Assembly (NCBI GenBank): GCA_041178185.1
Contig: JBEGVS010000050.1
Span: forward strand, 45,186-109,185
Direction of reading: 5' to 3'
From: Pseudomonadota bacterium
GTDB lineage: Bacteria; Bdellovibrionota_C; UBA2361; OMII01
DNA length: 64,000 nt
Position 1 is the first letter of the stretch. Every line of letters begins with the position of its first letter. Made by a program: the position numbers and the translations under genes. The notes below the pieces were generated by a model that saw only the letters and a program-made list of their open reading frames with translations, did no database searches and was not told where the DNA came from. Shown piece by piece: positions 18,929-29,284 of this stretch.

Positions 18929-19645
18929 TTACGCACTTTTTGCGTCGTGCGGCAGAATTATTTCATTTTCAAGTGGCGATTCCACAACTACCTCATTTTC
19001 GAAGATAGGATGTCTAAATGAGAGGTGGTGGGCGTGGAGGAAGAAGCGTCTCGAGGACTTTACGAGGGGCGGGAGGGGTTTAGTAGATCCGTAGAGCGAG
19101 TCTCCGATGAGCGGGACCCCAAGATGCGCGGCGTGCGCTCGTACCTGATGTCGTCGGGCGGGTGAAGCAGAGGCTATCAGTAGTGTGGCGTTGTGCACCG
19201 GAATGTAGAGATTCGGGGTATACTTTGTCGTTCCCTCGAGTGCGCGAGCCCAAGAGGGAGGGCGTCTTTCATACACCTTTACTTTGGACGCGCCACGGTT
19301 GGGGGTTCCGATGAATGATGTAATTGAGAACTCCTTGGTCACACGCCCCTCAACGAGCACCGCGTATTTTTTATGGACCTCGCCGTTGAGTGCCTGTTTG
19401 TAGAGCCTCTCCCAGACGCTACGGCTTGTCGCGCCGAGAAGGATGCCGCTCGTTTCCTCATCGAGACGATTGACGAGTCCGGCGTCGCCCGGCTTCTCGC
19501 TGGCTCGAGCGAGTGAGGGATTGTCTCGCAGGAGCTCATCCGCTACGGACCATCCACCACCTTTTCGGAGCTGAACAGAGTGCGCCCCAGCGGGTTTGTA
19601 CACCGCGAAGATGTCACCGTCGTTGAAGAGGAACGTAAGAGCCAT
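18929..19645 (-). CDS. RluA-family pseudouridine synthase
   Basis: 'VYKPAG', catalytic 'NRLDEETSG', 'RRHQVRAHAAHLGVPLIGDSLYG', 'LHAHHLSFRHP'. Confidence 0.9.
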   Translation of the reverse strand: MALTFLFNDGDIFAVYKPAGAHSVQLRKGGGWSVADELLRDNPSLARASEKPGDAGLVNRLDEETSGILLGATSRSVWERLYKQALNGEVHKKYAVLVEGRVTKEFSITSFIGTPNRGASKVKVYERRPPSWARALEGTTKYTPNLYIPVHNATLLIASASPARRHQVRAHAAHLGVPLIGDSLYGSTKPLPPLVKSSRRFFLHAHHLSFRHPIFENEVVVESPLENEIILPHDAKSA

Positions 19646-19733
19646 AAGTTAGCGTGCCTTCAATCTAGCGTTGAGAGGGGATTGTCGCAATTGGGAAGGG
19701 AGGGCATCGGGAGTGCTAAGGAGACCCGCGCGC

Positions 19734-19765
19734 AAAAAAAAGGGCCACCCGAAGGCGGCCCTTTT
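19734..19765 (-). terminator. Rho-independent terminator of hppA (possibly bidirectional)
   Basis: Minus strand: aaaagggccgcc-ttcg-ggtggccc-T8, just past the hppA stop. Confidence 0.85.
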
Positions 19766-19781
19766 CCTGGAACGAACTGGA

Positions 19782-21854
19782 TTACGAGACCCAGATCTTC
19801 GCCAATACTGGAGCTATGAGAAGCGCCAGGATCGACACCATCTTGATGAGGATGTTGAGGGATGGTCCCGAGGTGTCCTTGAACGGATCGCCTACAGTGT
19901 CACCTACAACAGCCGCCTTGTGAGCGTCTGATCCCTTTTTCTCTCCCTCAACGAGCCCTTGCTCGATGTACTTCTTGGCGTTGTCCCATGCGCCACCTGT
20001 GTTGGCCATGAAGATTCCAAGAACCACTCCAACGATAGTTGTTCCGAGGAGGAGCCCAGCGAGTGCCGCCGGTCCCATCGCCAATCCAACTACGATAGGG
20101 GTGATGAAAGCTACCAACCCAGGAGCGCGCATCTCGGTGAGAGCAGCCTTGGTTGAGATCTCAACGCATCGAGAAACGTCTGGCTTAACGCCCTCACGTC
20201 CCTCAAGGAGTCCTGCGATCTCACGGAACTGACGACGAATCTCAGTTACGATCATCCCGGCAGCTTTTCCTACCGACTGCATCGTGAAGGCCACGATTAA
20301 GCCTGGAAGCATCGCCCCGATGAACACTCCCACAAGGAGGGTCGGGTTGGTGATAGCAAGGTCGATCTTCCCAGCAGGGAAGCTCTGGGTGAAGGCACCG
20401 AATACCGCGAGAGCTGTGAGTCCAGCGGATCCGATTGCGAAGCCCTTACCGATAGCTGCTGTGGTGTTGCCAAGAGCGTCGAGCTTGTCCGTGATATCAC
20501 GGGTCTCTTTGCCAAGGTGCGCCATCTCGGAGATTCCACCGGCGTTATCAGCTATCGGGCCGTAGGCGTCGATCGTCATGATGATTCCGGTCGTCGCAAG
20601 CATCGCCACACCAGCAATCGCTACACCGTACACACCGCCGAAGGAGTTCGAGATAAGAACAGCTGCTACGATGATGATGAGTGGGAGCGCTACGCTTCGG
20701 AAGCCGACAGCGATACCGTTGATTACGCAGGTAGCTGGCCCGGTCTTCGAGGCGTTGACGATCTCATACACTGGCTTCGAGGAGGTGTAGTACTCCGTGG
20801 TCAAACCGATTCCGATACCGCAGAAGGTTCCGAAGATTACCGGAATCCAGAGCGATACACTTACCGGTGTCACCAAGAAGAAGCCGAGTGACGCGATGAT
20901 GAAGAGGATGGAAGCCAAGAGGATCGTTGTTCGCAACGCCTTCGCTGGGTCTCCGTCCTTAAGGAACGACATCCACTTGATGGCGATGAATGAACCGATC
21001 GATCCAAGGAGTCCAAGGATGAGCGGGGTAGCCATGAGCCAGATCTTGTAGCTCTCAACTGTTGCTGGATCGCCAGAATAGTTGGTGAGCGTTTGAAGGT
21101 CGGTCAAGCTAATCGTGGCGGCAAGGGCCAAGCATCCGATGAGGCATGTGACGTATGACTCGAAGATATCAGCGCCCATTCCTGCCACGTCTCCAACGTT
21201 GTCTCCAACGTTGTCAGCGATAACGCCAGGGTTTCTGGGGTCATCTTCCGGAATGCCAGCCTCAACCTTACCAACGAGGTCAGAACCTACGTCAGCGGCC
21301 TTGGTGTAAATTCCTCCACCTACACGCGCGAAGAGCGCTACTGAGGATGCTCCCATCGCGAATCCGATGATCGGCTCGTGGTGAGCTGGAGTTCCGAATA
21401 CAAGAAAGAGCACTCCTACGCCGATCAGTCCGAGAGCCGCAACTGAGAGACCCATCACAGCGCCTCCATTGAAAGCGGTCATGAGCGCTTGGCCGGGCTG
21501 AGCTTCAGAGGCTGCTTGTGCCGTGCGGACGTTTGAGAGGGTTGCCGACTTCATTCCGAGGTAGCCAGCGAGAAGTGAACTGCCCGCTCCGAAAACGAAT
21601 GCAAGGGCCGTTGGGAGTTGCAACGCCCACCAGATAACGAGGAAGGCTCCGATGATGAACATCGAGAGGTACTGAGCTTGCTTACGAAGATAAGCGATAG
21701 CACCATCACGAATTGCAGCACTGATCTCCTGCATGCGAGCGTTGCCCGCGGGAAGGGCTTGAATGCCAACGTACAACTTGTACGCGAGCGCGAATCCAAT
21801 TAGGCCGAACAACGGAATGGCCCAACTGAAGAGGGACAAAGAGAATGCTTCCAT
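19782..21854 (-). CDS. hppA: Membrane-bound cation-translocating pyrophosphatase, K+-dependent type
   Basis: 'GGGIYTKAADVGSDLVGKVEAGIPEDDPRNPGVIADNVGDNVGD', 'DAYGPIADNAGG', 'GNTTAA', 'GDTVGDPFKDTSGP'; ATG 21854 (alternative TTG 21866). Confidence 0.96.
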   Translation of the reverse strand: MEAFSLSLFSWAIPLFGLIGFALAYKLYVGIQALPAGNARMQEISAAIRDGAIAYLRKQAQYLSMFIIGAFLVIWWALQLPTALAFVFGAGSSLLAGYLGMKSATLSNVRTAQAASEAQPGQALMTAFNGGAVMGLSVAALGLIGVGVLFLVFGTPAHHEPIIGFAMGASSVALFARVGGGIYTKAADVGSDLVGKVEAGIPEDDPRNPGVIADNVGDNVGDVAGMGADIFESYVTCLIGCLALAATISLTDLQTLTNYSGDPATVESYKIWLMATPLILGLLGSIGSFIAIKWMSFLKDGDPAKALRTTILLASILFIIASLGFFLVTPVSVSLWIPVIFGTFCGIGIGLTTEYYTSSKPVYEIVNASKTGPATCVINGIAVGFRSVALPLIIIVAAVLISNSFGGVYGVAIAGVAMLATTGIIMTIDAYGPIADNAGGISEMAHLGKETRDITDKLDALGNTTAAIGKGFAIGSAGLTALAVFGAFTQSFPAGKIDLAITNPTLLVGVFIGAMLPGLIVAFTMQSVGKAAGMIVTEIRRQFREIAGLLEGREGVKPDVSRCVEISTKAALTEMRAPGLVAFITPIVVGLAMGPAALAGLLLGTTIVGVVLGIFMANTGGAWDNAKKYIEQGLVEGEKKGSDAHKAAVVGDTVGDPFKDTSGPSLNILIKMVSILALLIAPVLAKIWVS

Positions 21855-22013
21855 GTCAAAACTCAACTTTTAAATGTCATGATTCATTGGCTCACAACCA
21901 AACCGGCATGGCATGAGAAGGCTCTCTGAATCCGCGGATACCACAAACTCGGCGGAGCTCTCGAATGCACCGGTACAGCTTGGCTGTAAGTGCCTGAAAC
22001 TACAGGCGGGGCG

Positions 22014-22041
22014 ATTCTAGCCGTATTGTATATAGAGTCAA
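22014..22041 (-). promoter_or_regulatory. Sigma70 promoter upstream of hppA
   Basis: Minus strand TTGACT-N16-TAGAAT. Confidence 0.6.
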
Positions 22042-22227
22042 CCCGAATATGAGAAGAAGAAGGGTGTGCAAGGGACTAATATTACACAGAGTATTGGAAG
22101 TATCTCGAGTAGGTGAGGGGCAGGGGATGGGAAAGCTTCTTGGGGCGGCTAAGTTTAGGCAGAGGCCCGTATTGAGGCACTGGGGGGTTGCGGTCCGTCC
22201 GAGGACGGACCGCCCCGTTTCAGGATT

Positions 22228-22773
22228 CTAGCGACGACGCTCTGGTCGCTCCGGTCGTTCCGGTCGTTCGGGTCGCTCCGGCCTCGCGTCTGCCGAATCA
22301 TCTCTTCCTCGCCCCCGTCCTCGAGAACCATCCTCGCCACCTCCCAGATTGGAGTTCGAGGGCCGAGAGTCATCGTAGAGGTCGTCATCGCTGCTCTCCT
22401 CATCTTCCTTCGGAGCACACGTTGATTCCTCAGCGGTTACAAGAGCTATCTTAAACTGCGAGAGGGTGGTTTTTGGGAGTATCTTCACTTTTGCCAGCGC
22501 CTTAAAGGCAGGACCTACCTTGCCTCCGGCTTTGCGGAAACATGCATGGCACGTTTCGGCATCGGCAGTGGTAGCGCACGCCTCCGAAATGCTTGCCACA
22601 ACGGACTCGGCTGAAACGTACGCGCCTGGAACGGCGCAGCCCAAGTTGTTGAGCGCCTCCGTTACCACCTTGAGGGAGCACTGTTGATCTGACTGGCCCC
22701 TGGCGAGCTGGAGTGGCAGGGTGAGTGTCGCGACAAGACTTAATGTGGCGATAAGTGAAGTTCGTACGTTCAT
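22228..22773 (-). CDS. Hypothetical secreted Cys-containing protein with charged low-complexity tail
   Basis: Signal peptide; six Cys including 'CHAC'; acidic patch followed by (RPE)n tail. Confidence 0.65.
   Translation of the reverse strand: MNVRTSLIATLSLVATLTLPLQLARGQSDQQCSLKVVTEALNNLGCAVPGAYVSAESVVASISEACATTADAETCHACFRKAGGKVGPAFKALAKVKILPKTTLSQFKIALVTAEESTCAPKEDEESSDDDLYDDSRPSNSNLGGGEDGSRGRGRGRDDSADARPERPERPERPERPERRR
22241..22285 (-). repeat. Degenerate 9-bp tandem repeat (about 5 units) encoding RPE
   Basis: Plus strand tctggtcgc tccggtcgt tccggtcgt tcgggtcgc tccggcctc. Confidence 0.85.
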
Positions 22774-22931
22774 GCAAAATCCTCACGATAGGTTTACCGT
22801 GATCACCTCAGCAATGTTTGGGCCAAGCCTGTAACGGGTCAGCATGACCACTTTCAAGGGACTTAGCTGGCCGGCCGTTGGAACAGACGTTCCCTGCTCT
22901 CGAAAACTTTGCGGATGAAGGGGGGCGATAC

Positions 22932-22974
22932 CATAAAGCCCGGTCGAGAGGCGGGCTCTGGACCGGGCTTTATG
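22932..22974 (-). terminator. Perfect 14-bp inverted repeat downstream of ettA (probable terminator or stabilising hairpin)
   Basis: cataaagcccggtc...gaccgggctttatg, 17 nt past the ettA stop. Confidence 0.65.
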
Positions 22975-22990
22975 AGTGACGCGGGCAATC

Positions 22991-24664
22991 CTAGTGCGTC
23001 AGCTTCTTGTACTTGATGCGGTGCGGTGTCTCGGCATCTGCCCCAAGTCGACGTCGTCTGTCAGCTTCGTACTCCTGGTAGTTCCCTTCGAACCACACGA
23101 CATTACTATCGCCCTCGAACGCGAGGATATGAGTCGCGATACGATCGAGGAACCACCGATCATGGGTTATCACCACTGCGCATCCTGCGAAGTTAAGGAG
23201 GGCTTCCTCAAGAGCGCGCAGCGTGTTCACGTCGAGATCGTTTGTCGGCTCATCGAGCAGGATAACGTTTCCGCCCGAGCGCAGCATCTTCGCCATATGC
23301 ACACGATTACGCTCACCGCCGGAGAGCGCTCCCATCAACTTTTGCTGGTCCTGACCAGCGAAGTTGAATCGAGCAACGTAAGCTCGACCGTTGATCTCGC
23401 GAGTACCGAGCTTGATGATGTCATCACCCCCAGTGATCTCTTCAAAGACCGAATTCTTATCGTTAATAGCTTCGCGGCTCTGATCCATGTAGGCGAGCGT
23501 GACCGTTTCTCCAACTTTGAATGTTCCGTTATCCGGCTTATCTTTGCCCGTGATGAGCTTGAAGAGCGTTGTTTTACCGGCTCCGTTCGGTCCGATAACA
23601 CCAACGATGCCTCCGCGAGGTAGGTTGAAGCTCAAGTTCTCAAAGAGGACGCGATCACTGAATGACTTGGATATACCGTCAGCTTGAATTACGACCTCAC
23701 CGAGACGCGGCCCTGGTGGAATGTAGATCTCAAGATCTTCAACCTGCTTAGATTGCTCTTGATTGAGGAGCTCCTCGTACGCTTTGATACGAGCTTTCGA
23801 CTTAGCTTGTCGAGCACGCGGGGATTGTTGAATCCACTCAAGCTCTCGAGCAAGGGTCTTCTGGCGCTTCGACTCTGATTTCTCTTCAAGTTCGAGGCGA
23901 CTCTTCTTCTGCTCAAGCCATCCTGAATAGTTGCCCTCCCACGGAACGCCATGTCCACGGTCGAGTTCAAGGATCCACTTAGCGACGTTATCAAGGAAGT
24001 ATCTATCATGGGTAACGCAGAGAACTGCACCAGGATATTCACTCAGGTGACGCTCAAGCCACGCGACCGACTCAGCGTCGAGGTGGTTGGTCGGCTCGTC
24101 GAGGAGGAGTACCTCTGGCTTCTCAAGAAGGAGTTTGCACAACGCTACGCGGCGCTTCTCTCCACCGGAGAGATTCTCAACACTTGAGTCCCCGGGAGGA
24201 CATCGAAGAGCATCCATCGCGATATCGAGCGTTCGATCGAGGTCCCATGCTCCGCAGGCATCGATCTTGTCTTGAAGCACCGATTGTTTATCGATCAGCT
24301 TCTCCATCTCCTCAGGGGAGATATCTTCACCAAGTTTGGCGCTGATCTCCTCGAACTCTTTGAGAAGGGTCGCAGCCTCTTTACATCCTTCCATGACGTT
24401 CTCTTTGACCGTCTTGGTTGGGTCGAGCTTTGGTTCCTGCGCGAGGTATCCGATGGTAAGGTTCGGACGGCACGTTACCTCTCCGGAGTACTCCTTATCG
24501 ATACCGGCGATGATCTTGAGGATGCTCGACTTTCCGGCGCCGTTGAGTCCGACGATTCCGATCTTTGCGCCCTCAAAGAATGATAGGGAGATATCTTTAA
24601 GAACCTGTTTACCTGGTGGGTACACACGGTTCACTTTGTGCATGGAAAAAATAATTGGTGGCAT
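22991..24664 (-). CDS. ettA: Energy-dependent translational throttle protein EttA (ABC-F)
   Basis: True start ATG 24664 (MPPIIFSMHKVNRVYPPGKQVLKDISLSFFEGAKIG); two ABC cassettes; 'WFEGNYQEYEADRRRRLG'. Confidence 0.95.
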   Translation of the reverse strand: MPPIIFSMHKVNRVYPPGKQVLKDISLSFFEGAKIGIVGLNGAGKSSILKIIAGIDKEYSGEVTCRPNLTIGYLAQEPKLDPTKTVKENVMEGCKEAATLLKEFEEISAKLGEDISPEEMEKLIDKQSVLQDKIDACGAWDLDRTLDIAMDALRCPPGDSSVENLSGGEKRRVALCKLLLEKPEVLLLDEPTNHLDAESVAWLERHLSEYPGAVLCVTHDRYFLDNVAKWILELDRGHGVPWEGNYSGWLEQKKSRLELEEKSESKRQKTLARELEWIQQSPRARQAKSKARIKAYEELLNQEQSKQVEDLEIYIPPGPRLGEVVIQADGISKSFSDRVLFENLSFNLPRGGIVGVIGPNGAGKTTLFKLITGKDKPDNGTFKVGETVTLAYMDQSREAINDKNSVFEEITGGDDIIKLGTREINGRAYVARFNFAGQDQQKLMGALSGGERNRVHMAKMLRSGGNVILLDEPTNDLDVNTLRALEEALLNFAGCAVVITHDRWFLDRIATHILAFEGDSNVVWFEGNYQEYEADRRRRLGADAETPHRIKYKKLTH

Positions 24665-25051
24665 GGGGAGAACATACCGCTGTGAGGCGATCGGGGGCAA
24701 GGGGAGGGGATACATCTTTGTTCGAGAAGGTGTCGGAAGAGCCCGATTGCATCTTGGTATTGATATCAAGGATTCGGTGCCGGTAACGGTGGCTGGAGGT
24801 GAGGGGGCAGTGCTGTCTGGTTTACCTGAAAGCCCTGTCTGCTGAGGGGTCGGAGCTCGCTCCGGTATGTTAGTACACCTTCCATCCGGTGGGGGCACGG
24901 GCCCAGCTGGGTCAGGAGTCTCAAAAAAGAGTGTTCTAATCTGTCGGTCGGAGCCCGCTTCAAAAAGTACGAACTTCAAACCAAGTGACCTTCGGCCTAC
25001 AGTTCGCCAGCCATAAACCGAAAGCGTGTCCACGTTACACTAGGAGGTGCC

Positions 25052-27400
25052 GTGCGTCGATGTTCCTCACCTGAGTTGGGAAGTTACGTACTAGAGCTGG
25101 CGGGCGTTGTGATGGGGGTCGCGGTGTTCATCGTTGGAGCCGCCGACATAACCCGAATTTTTCAGGCTCGGAGCGCAGTGAGGGCTGCGGTCAACGATGG
25201 GGCTCGATGCCTTTTTCCAACGGATGCCGCGTGCGTAGAGGGAGTATCTCGCGGATTATCCGCTCCGGGGCGAACCTTTAACGTGTGGGTTTGGGGATCA
25301 GGATACGAGGTCCCGCAGGAATCGTATCTCCTCTCAGCCCGATGGCAACAGGAGCCGGTCTATGAGGTGCCTGCACTTCAGGATGAGATCGTTGATGTAA
25401 CCGTTGAACGGCGGCAATTTCAGTACCGTCAGTACTCGATGCTCTATCCTACGACGGCCCATACGACCTACCTTTTGCAGACACGATTCCTTCCGGTTGT
25501 GGTGGGCGGGCGTCCTTTGAATCCGCACTTCGCGGATCCTTTAACTTTAAAGATCTCTCACCCTAACGCCACCTATGGACTCGAACGGGTGAGCGGCACA
25601 ACAACAAAGAGGGTCACGAGCGCTCTCAAAACCCCCTACCACGAGACCCTTCGAATTGGTTCCGTTTCGTTCTCCGTTAAGGATGCCTGGCCTACCATGG
25701 AGGAGGACAAATCCGTCATTTCCGGGTTTCCTGCTGATGTTAAAGGATCTCTGTCATGTTGGTTTGGTGATCGACAACCGTCTCTATCTGGTGAGGTGCT
25801 CAATTGGTCAGCCGGTACCCACCAAGAGTGTCGCTACCGCGTGCGTTCCTCTGGTTCCTCGCGTGTGATGGACCAGGGAGTTCTCAAGGTGCCGATGATG
25901 TTTCGGATCGAGGGAGATTCTCGAGGAACGGTGGAAGATGCCGAGGGTAAGGTGATGATAGCTCTCTCGTGGCAGAGTCCCTCTGGAGGCGCAGGTCGGG
26001 TCGAGTTGGGTGGAAGAAAACTGGGACACTGGGGCGGTGGCAATTTTGTGCCGCGAGGATTAGCTGAGGTCGACATTAACGCACCTCTTCGCTCTCAGTA
26101 CGCCGATTATGAAGAGGAGTTGGGCCTCTACTACGAGCTGCCACTGCTACCAGTAGACGCCTCGGTGACGCTCGATTTTTATCTCGTGAGTTTTAACAAT
26201 CGTCGTGTGACGTGGAATGGTGGAAAGCTTGAGGTCTGGCTTCCTCAATATCGATTAGTGCATGAGCGACAAGAGTGTGGATACACCCGTAATCCCGAGC
26301 TCTGCTCTCGGCCTCCCTCGTATGCTCCTGTTCACTATGTGACGATGACTGATGGCGCTCCCTTTAAAACCGAGACGTCAGGAGGGGATAGGTGCTCGAC
26401 GGTAGAGGATACCTCGGCTGAACGAGATCTCGCGACCGCCGTCGCGCGCCTTCAGGCTGAGGTATCGCATGGGGGAGCAGCACGACCCTATTCATTCCAA
26501 GCGAGGATACCAACCTCTCCAGAGGTGTGCGCTCCACAGGTATCCACCAAGGCGTGCTCTGCGCGGCTTCCGGAATACTTCGAGGGGTGTGCTGCTTCGG
26601 AGGATCTCGATCAGATCGCTGAACGATGCGGCGAATTAAACCCTTCGAGTAGGCTCATACACTACACGAAACGCTCTGTCTCAAGGGCTCTCAAAAAAGT
26701 GAGAGGGTGCTCCGACCGTTCGCTTCCACTGTGTGCGATGGGCAAAGCTCGACAGGTAGAGACGATGTCCTACGATGGAGAAGCCTCCTGTAGTGTCGCA
26801 GTAACGTCGAGCCCCGCTCACATGATTATTGGCCCGCTCAATACAACTATCTGTCAGCCACGCGATGCAGAGGTGCAACGAATCTATCGGTCACGAGAGA
26901 AGATTCCGATGGATATCCCGATATCGGTTGTTCGCCTTCCATCCCCCTCTCTTTTTAGCGCTGAGCCTCCAGGGTCATCGTGCACTCCCTACCTCTCAGC
27001 CGAGGGCAGTTCGCGCGAGATGATTTGTGGAAGAGGCTTGAGCGAGGCGGCTGCCGAGCGATGTTGCGCGGCGAGTGAAGGGCGGTGTCGAAAAGAGAGC
27101 GTGGTGCCGCCAAGTGATGCGGTTGGGGACGGAGTTCGGTTGGCGGTTCTTGCTGCGGCGCGACAACGGGTGGTTGAAGCGGTGCAAGTTGGATACCCCC
27201 CTGCACGGTACCAGGAGGTCTGCGAGGATTCCGATTTGAACTGTCTAGAGGTCACGGCGGCTTTAGTTGCGAACGAATCACAGGCGCTCGTTTCGGCAAA
27301 AGTTAACGTGCCGCTTATGCTGTTCAGTTTCTTGAACAAAGATTGGGCGACCGTCGAGCATGCAACGACGAGGCAGTTGGAGCGGGTAGTAGTGGGATAG
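25052..27400 (+). CDS. Very large TadE-like pseudopilin with Cys-rich insertion
   Basis: Prepilin-like site G|SYVLE (Glu+5), hydrophobic helix, 'AVRAAVNDGARC' TadE motif, C-terminal 'AKVNVPL...EHATTRQLE' strand. Confidence 0.65.
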   Translation: MRRCSSPELGSYVLELAGVVMGVAVFIVGAADITRIFQARSAVRAAVNDGARCLFPTDAACVEGVSRGLSAPGRTFNVWVWGSGYEVPQESYLLSARWQQEPVYEVPALQDEIVDVTVERRQFQYRQYSMLYPTTAHTTYLLQTRFLPVVVGGRPLNPHFADPLTLKISHPNATYGLERVSGTTTKRVTSALKTPYHETLRIGSVSFSVKDAWPTMEEDKSVISGFPADVKGSLSCWFGDRQPSLSGEVLNWSAGTHQECRYRVRSSGSSRVMDQGVLKVPMMFRIEGDSRGTVEDAEGKVMIALSWQSPSGGAGRVELGGRKLGHWGGGNFVPRGLAEVDINAPLRSQYADYEEELGLYYELPLLPVDASVTLDFYLVSFNNRRVTWNGGKLEVWLPQYRLVHERQECGYTRNPELCSRPPSYAPVHYVTMTDGAPFKTETSGGDRCSTVEDTSAERDLATAVARLQAEVSHGGAARPYSFQARIPTSPEVCAPQVSTKACSARLPEYFEGCAASEDLDQIAERCGELNPSSRLIHYTKRSVSRALKKVRGCSDRSLPLCAMGKARQVETMSYDGEASCSVAVTSSPAHMIIGPLNTTICQPRDAEVQRIYRSREKIPMDIPISVVRLPSPSLFSAEPPGSSCTPYLSAEGSSREMICGRGLSEAAAERCCAASEGRCRKESVVPPSDAVGDGVRLAVLAAARQRVVEAVQVGYPPARYQEVCEDSDLNCLEVTAALVANESQALVSAKVNVPLMLFSFLNKDWATVEHATTRQLERVVVG

Positions 27401-27464
27401 TAATCCCACCTAACCTCGAATTTGCGGTTGCGGAAAGTAAAGGGGCTAGCGGATACTTTTAGTT

Positions 27465-27968
27465 ATGCCGATAAATCGACCCCTCTTTGCATACTCTCTT
27501 ATCTCTCTGGCGCTCTCATTTTTCCTCCAGAGCACCTTAGCCCTCTCCGCGCGCGCGGACTTCGGCGCAGACTCTGGAAAAGCTGAGGTGCCTGTGGCAA
27601 TGGCTCAGGAGTATGGAGCTTTCGCTGACAAAGCGGTTGAGACCTTGGTGAAGGGAGATGGAAAGGCTTTTAGGGAGATGTTGAGTCCCGGCACGATTCG
27701 AATGGAGCAACGCGGCAAGGGCGCCATCGACACAATCATCTACGAGCGATTCATCCCCTTCTTTGATGGATTCGTAAAGCCGCACCTCGTCGCGCAACCA
27801 TTCCCAACGTATCGCCGGATCGATGGTGTTACCGGAGTCGGATTTGCCCGTTCTTTCTACCTTTCCGATGGAAGCGAGAGGTTTTATGTCATCTTCGTGC
27901 TCAAAGAGGATGGACGACTGACTGTCGGTAACCTCCTGCTCGATAAAAAGCTCGCCGATGTTCGTTAA
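27465..27968 (+). CDS. Hypothetical exported protein
   Basis: Signal peptide ending 'ARA'; fills the gap between flanking genes. Confidence 0.6.
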   Translation: MPINRPLFAYSLISLALSFFLQSTLALSARADFGADSGKAEVPVAMAQEYGAFADKAVETLVKGDGKAFREMLSPGTIRMEQRGKGAIDTIIYERFIPFFDGFVKPHLVAQPFPTYRRIDGVTGVGFARSFYLSDGSERFYVIFVLKEDGRLTVGNLLLDKKLADVR

Positions 27969-29284
27969 TTGATCGCCTGAAAGATCGCTTGTACCGTCTG
28001 CTCTGCAGCCTTGAACACTTCGTCCGCAGGAGAGCTGCTCATCTGTGACGCAATGACCTCGGCCTCTAGTCGACGGCCGGTGTTGAGTAGGTCGCGAATA
28101 GCGGAGAGGGTTATGATCGTCTGGTTCGGCATCGTGTTGGCGAAGTGAGCTATGATGTTGCTTCCTAGATTCGATTTCGTCATGTCGTTGTATGCATAAC
28201 AGGCGCGAACGAGATAGCCAGCTTGCGTATCGGAGAGAGCTTCGCCGGCTTCCAATCCCCTCTGTGCGGCCAGAAGGGAGGCGGTAAGTGAGACTATGGA
28301 ATGTGTGCCGGTATTCCTCATGCTTAGTAAGCTCGTAATGACGTGATTGATCATGATCCGAAAGTGCCGGTCTAACGCGGGCTTTCGTTTCGATATCGTA
28401 GAGAGGATCTGATTGACGGTTTGGGCGCGGTGTTTGGGAAGATGCTTTGAAATGACCTCCTGTCGGCCCGCCTGAGCGATTGCGCGCATCTGCTGCGGTT
28501 GCTGAAGAAGATGGGTAACCTTCTCGGTTGCTTCCTGCACGTTGTCGGGGCTGTAGGTTACGAGGTGTTTGCCCTCCTCAAAGAGGTCAAAGAGTCCATT
28601 CGGTGTTCGCTCGGTAAGAAGGAGTGCTCCCGACATCATTGCCTCGAAGACCCGAAAATTAAGGTCTCCCTTCACCGTTTGATTCACCACGATCTCCGAG
28701 AATGGAAAATACTCCCAGTAGTCGCCCTGGGTGATGTGAATCGGAATGCGGTGCTTGAGCTCATCAAAAAACGCAACCCTTCGAGGATTGAGCTTCGCGT
28801 TGAGGTTGCCCACAAATGAAACGGGCCACTTCTTCTGATCGCTTGCCTCGATCAATCGCGGTGCCCACAGTGGGAGCCATGTCACGGGTGTACCGCATCC
28901 ATCGAACAAGGTGACGTAATCCTTTTGCGCGACGAGCACGTGGTCGAAGATCTCCGCTAGTAAGAGGTGCATGCGGTGGTGATGAAAGGTGTCCACCGAG
29001 TACAAAACGAGAGGGATAGTTGTGTCCTCTAGGCCGGCGATCAGAAAGGTCGGAAGGCTGTTATCGTGCCACAGGATAGCGTCCGGAACGAATCCGTTGA
29101 GGCTTGCTATGACGCTCTCCAGAGTGTTCGTTTCAAAGGGAATACGGTGATCGAGGTGGGGCTCCGAACCACACGTAATGACCTCATGACCGAACTCCCG
29201 AAGTTCGGCGGCAAACCAATCCTGGTTGAAGATGAGGATCTTCACATGCGCTCCCGTGGCTAGTCCCCAAAGTCGTCCACCCAC
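27965..29284 (-). CDS. CgeB-like glycosyltransferase family protein
   Basis: 'VSFVGNL...RR', 'IVVNQTVKGDLNFRVFEAMMSGALLLTE', 'IAQAGRQEVISKH'. Confidence 0.82.
   Translation of the reverse strand: MGGRLWGLATGAHVKILIFNQDWFAAELREFGHEVITCGSEPHLDHRIPFETNTLESVIASLNGFVPDAILWHDNSLPTFLIAGLEDTTIPLVLYSVDTFHHHRMHLLLAEIFDHVLVAQKDYVTLFDGCGTPVTWLPLWAPRLIEASDQKKWPVSFVGNLNAKLNPRRVAFFDELKHRIPIHITQGDYWEYFPFSEIVVNQTVKGDLNFRVFEAMMSGALLLTERTPNGLFDLFEEGKHLVTYSPDNVQEATEKVTHLLQQPQQMRAIAQAGRQEVISKHLPKHRAQTVNQILSTISKRKPALDRHFRIMINHVITSLLSMRNTGTHSIVSLTASLLAAQRGLEAGEALSDTQAGYLVRACYAYNDMTKSNLGSNIIAHFANTMPNQTIITLSAIRDLLNTGRRLEAEVIASQMSSSPADEVFKAAEQTVQAIFQAIN

Noticed and set aside
22241-22285. Short repeats (also 4359-4406) as a possible CRISPR array
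   Set aside because: They are in-frame coding tandem repeats without spacers, and there are no cas genes
22976-24845. Long plus-strand ORFs opposite ettA
   Set aside because: Antisense shadows of a highly conserved gene; similar shadows over hppA, accC and pilQ were also ignored
24665-25033. N-terminal extension of ettA in the ORF track (680 aa)
   Set aside because: EttA homology starts at ATG 24664; the extension is low-complexity and spans the divergent promoter region
27467-27474. GCCGATAA sigma28 -10 match
   Set aside because: It lies inside the first codons of ORF 27465 and has no -35 element
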